Below, in pieces: positions 60,903 through 64,000 of a stretch of 64,000 bases of DNA. The position numbers were made by a program, and so were the translations under genes. The stretch spans positions 11,346,001-11,410,000 of the forward strand of contig NC_135257.1 in assembly GCF_964204865.1 (NCBI RefSeq), written 5' to 3'. The notes under the pieces were generated by a model, which saw only the letters and a program-made list of their open reading frames with translations, was not told the DNA's origin and did no database searches. How positions within the stretch are numbered: position 1 is the stretch's first letter; each line of letters opens with the position of its first letter. The DNA comes from Styela clava. Its lineage: Eukaryota.

Positions 60903-62112
60903 ATTCAACCCAAACCCAACGATGTTAGGGTGTTATGGTTAGGAACCGAATGCTATAAGAACATGTTTATAAAATTTAATGCTTTCCAAAGTGGCACCAC
61001 AATTGGTGCCACTTAGGTATGCGATTAAGATTACGATAGCATAGAATAGGATTTATATATTTTCCCGTAACCGATCAGTTGTTATGTGAACCAACGCAGG
61101 GTAATTACTAATCAGTGGTGCGATGGCAAGCGTATTCCCAACGCCTAGCACCATGTGCCACAGCGCCGAGCAAGCGAGATATCGTAGTTGTATTATACAA
61201 TGAGTCGCTTATCAAAATGGCACCTTCGAAAATTATGAAATTACCACGACTGATTCAGTCACCGCTCTCTCATTGTCTCCGATATGAATTCATATTGTTC
61301 GAACACCGCCAATACAATGAAGAATGTATATAGTAATTTAGTATATATATATTCGGATTTTTAAACAAATCGACATTTTAGTCCTTAGAGTGTAATTGCG
61401 TACAAGTAACTTCATATTTAGTTTCCATTGCAAAAAGGTCATGCCTACGTGGGATGACGAATATTTGCAGGTTACATCGTAAGAGAAATATTATTTTAAT
61501 CTGGCTTCTGGTTTCGACTTCCGCAAGGTTAGTCATTTACTTTAGTCCACTGGAGAAGCCAATTGCCTGCCACACGTCATGTTCGCACAGAGTGGTATAT
61601 ACCTGTTCAGATATGTAAGAGGATAATAGAATAAGCCGGGGTCATATAAAGAATAAATCTCATTTAGCCGATGTGTCACTGTCAAACCCTCTGCCTTATG
61701 ACGAATTTGTTGTAAGTGATATTACATGATGCAATTAATAGAAACAATAGTTGTATCATCAGAGAGTGTAGGATACAAATCACATTTAAGAAGTATTAAG
61801 CACTGTGGTGGTGTATAGGGCTCAACGATACGAATTTTTTCGTCTGTCAGAAAAGGTTTCGGTTAATAAAAACATATTCTTGCATATCATTTGCGTAGCC
61901 AGTGACGCTAGGGGTAGCAGTTTTGAGGGTTTCCGTATAACAAGCGAAAACAAAACGTACAACTTGTCCGTATGTTTTCGATTGGATTGTGTAATCCAAG
62001 ATGTTAGATCTATATGGATTTAAAAAAATTAAAAATTGTTAAAATGTTTACCATTGAGGAAACAGCCTGTAGCAAGCAAAATCGTTTGCCCATAATAGGT
62101 TAGTTCCTAGAC

Positions 62113-63184
62113 CAGTGTTTCCCAACCCGAGTTTGCGGTCTCAAATGAGTCCACGGAGCGTTTGAATGAATCCGCAACAAGCCAGAAATTCACTGCGGGC
62201 CGCAAACGTTTTTGCGAAACCTAACTATCAGCCACGTTACTATTTACATAAAACATAAAAAGCAAGTTTAGTCACATAACATTAATCGAGTCAATAATTA
62301 CTTGTTACTGAGTATGGCTGAGCATATATTCGACTATCAGAATAGCAATTTACTATTCGAAAATTTGGTAACAGGTGACGCGAAAGGTCACTTGCGCTTT
62401 ATCAGACAATTGGATTTCACAACTCACTTGCGAATTCCGACAAAAAAAAACGAGAGTGCACAAGCTTCGATAGATTCCTAAGTGGTGTTTCTAGCGAGTT
62501 CGAACAACGAAGAATAATTTTTTTTTTCTGGTAGGTTTTCAAATTTTCTAAATTGAAAAGCGGCAATACAAAATACTAAAAATAAAATGAAGAACACCAT
62601 AAGTTTTGTTTTATGATGGTCTGCGACCGATTAAAAACGCTTTTTCATACATTGAAAACCGCAACATTTCGGGTGCTACCATACCAGGGCATTTCCCCCT
62701 AGGATTATTTTCTTTATTGCCTTCACATTGGTACGTACAGTACTGCCGTTAGTGTTGTGCGAACAGCTCAGATTTGTCGAATTCACAAAAATACGAATCA
62801 AAACAAAATATAATCGGGCATTTTACCACGCATTTTTGTGTTCACAGATTGTCATGATATTTTCTGAGTAGTACTGCTTTTATTCGGTCAACACAACCGC
62901 AGATTAAAATGATCACAATTTAATTTATAATAAAGCAAAGCGATGAATATGCATTTTTGATTTTCTAATATACTTTAAATATATTTTTAATAGATACTAA
63001 ATCAAGTTGTACTTTCTGGAAATTTATAGCAGATAGTAGGATTTTTCTAAGGGCGATAACAAATTCGCAAGATCGCGAAAAATATGTATCAAAACTAATA
63101 ACTTGCAATAAACGCACCTTGCGTTCGCAAAGGTTTTCGCCGGTGAGAAAATAGTCCGCGCCCAAAAAAGGTTGGGAAACGCTT
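62113..63184. mobile_element. 1.07-kb non-autonomous hAT element
   Basis: TSD TCCTAGAC (62105-62112, 63185-63192); TIRs CAGTGTTTCCCAACC / GGTTGGGAAACGCTT. Confidence 0.85.
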
Positions 63185-63199
63185 TCCTAGACTCTAGAT

Positions 63200-63539
63200 C
63201 AGGGTTGTGCAATAGGCGGACGCGGGCCACAACCCGGCCCTCCAAGCCATTTAATGTGACTCTTGTCAACACTCTCCATCAACAATAAAATCCTAATCTG
63301 ACAGTGTCGCCTACGTTTAAAAGGGCGTCCAAATGGGTAAAAAAACACAAAATGTTTTTTGCTCTTGTCGCCACATCAAATCTTTCGCCGTTTTGCCCGG
63401 TCCCTTTGTTATTGTAATTTTAATTCGGTTTATTGTTCAATTCGTTTCAAATTTGTTATGAACTAAATTTTTTGTGTGGCTCATCTAGATGTCTGAAATT
63501 GGTTATATGGCCCACCCACAAAAATGTTGCACACCCCTG
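63200..63539. mobile_element. 340-bp hAT MITE abutting the previous element
   Basis: TIRs CAGGGTTGTGCAA / TTGCACACCCCTG; flanks CTCTAGAT / CT-TAGAT; subterminal GGCCC motifs. Confidence 0.75.
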
Positions 63540-64000
63540 CTTAGATGCAATGGTGCACATCGTTTTTCTATCAAAATAAGATGTCGAAAGTGTACTTTAG
63601 CTCGAAGTTATTCATAATTAAATCAAAGTTCGATACTAGAGGACTCCTGTGTATGAATAAACATAAACTAATTATTTGCTCAATCGACTTTTACACAATT
63701 TGTATGACTTCAATTGAGAAATATTATTATAAAGAGATATGCTATTTAGTGATTTAATTCAGAACTAAAATATTAATTTTAATATTTGAGCGGCAGGTAT
63801 GGATATTTCTGATCAGTCTACTACTTCTAACAAAACGGGTCATCATCCGAGTGAACATGAAATATTTCGTCAGTGGTTGGCAGCAATTGTATTTGCATCT
63901 TTTCTGTTGGTCTGGAGCCTTTACATTCTCATTGTTACACTTATGTACGAGTGGAAAGTGATGAGTGTGAACTTCGAAATCAAACAAAGATCTTTGAAAA

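Noticed and set aside
58595-63987. Short ORFs after CFAP99
   Set aside because: Mostly within or between MITEs; I could not build an in-phase exon chain or recognise homology

Overview
AT-rich, intron-containing animal genomic DNA; the gene organisation suggests a tunicate/ascidian (inference). (1) 914-4222: 5' coding exons of a minus-strand gene with a low-complexity N-terminus that runs off the window. (2) About 6-22 kb: repeat-dense, with no gene I could support; it holds nested non-autonomous hAT elements, TA-flanked MITEs, a Helentron-type (DINE/HINE-like) element, a tRNA-derived SINE split by an insertion, and clusters of TACCGGTA-type motifs. (3) 22491-36679: a tight plus-strand, operon-like cluster of intronless TADA3, intronless RRP5/PDCD11, intronless BRK1 and a 4-exon C1orf52 homologue. 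C1orf52 starts 35 nt after the BRK1 stop with no AG in between. (4) Intron 1 of C1orf52 holds an apparently intact 4.28-kb hAT transposon with a perfect 8-bp TSD and a spliced 645-aa BED-finger transposase. (5) A 9-exon uncharacterised minus-strand gene (513 aa) lies head-to-head with a 14-exon CFAP99 gene, with candidate RFX/forkhead motifs between them. (6) Many Charlie/Buster-like hAT MITEs with intact TSDs, including a nested set. All exon boundaries and gene identities were worked out by eye and from recalled homologues; no database search was run.
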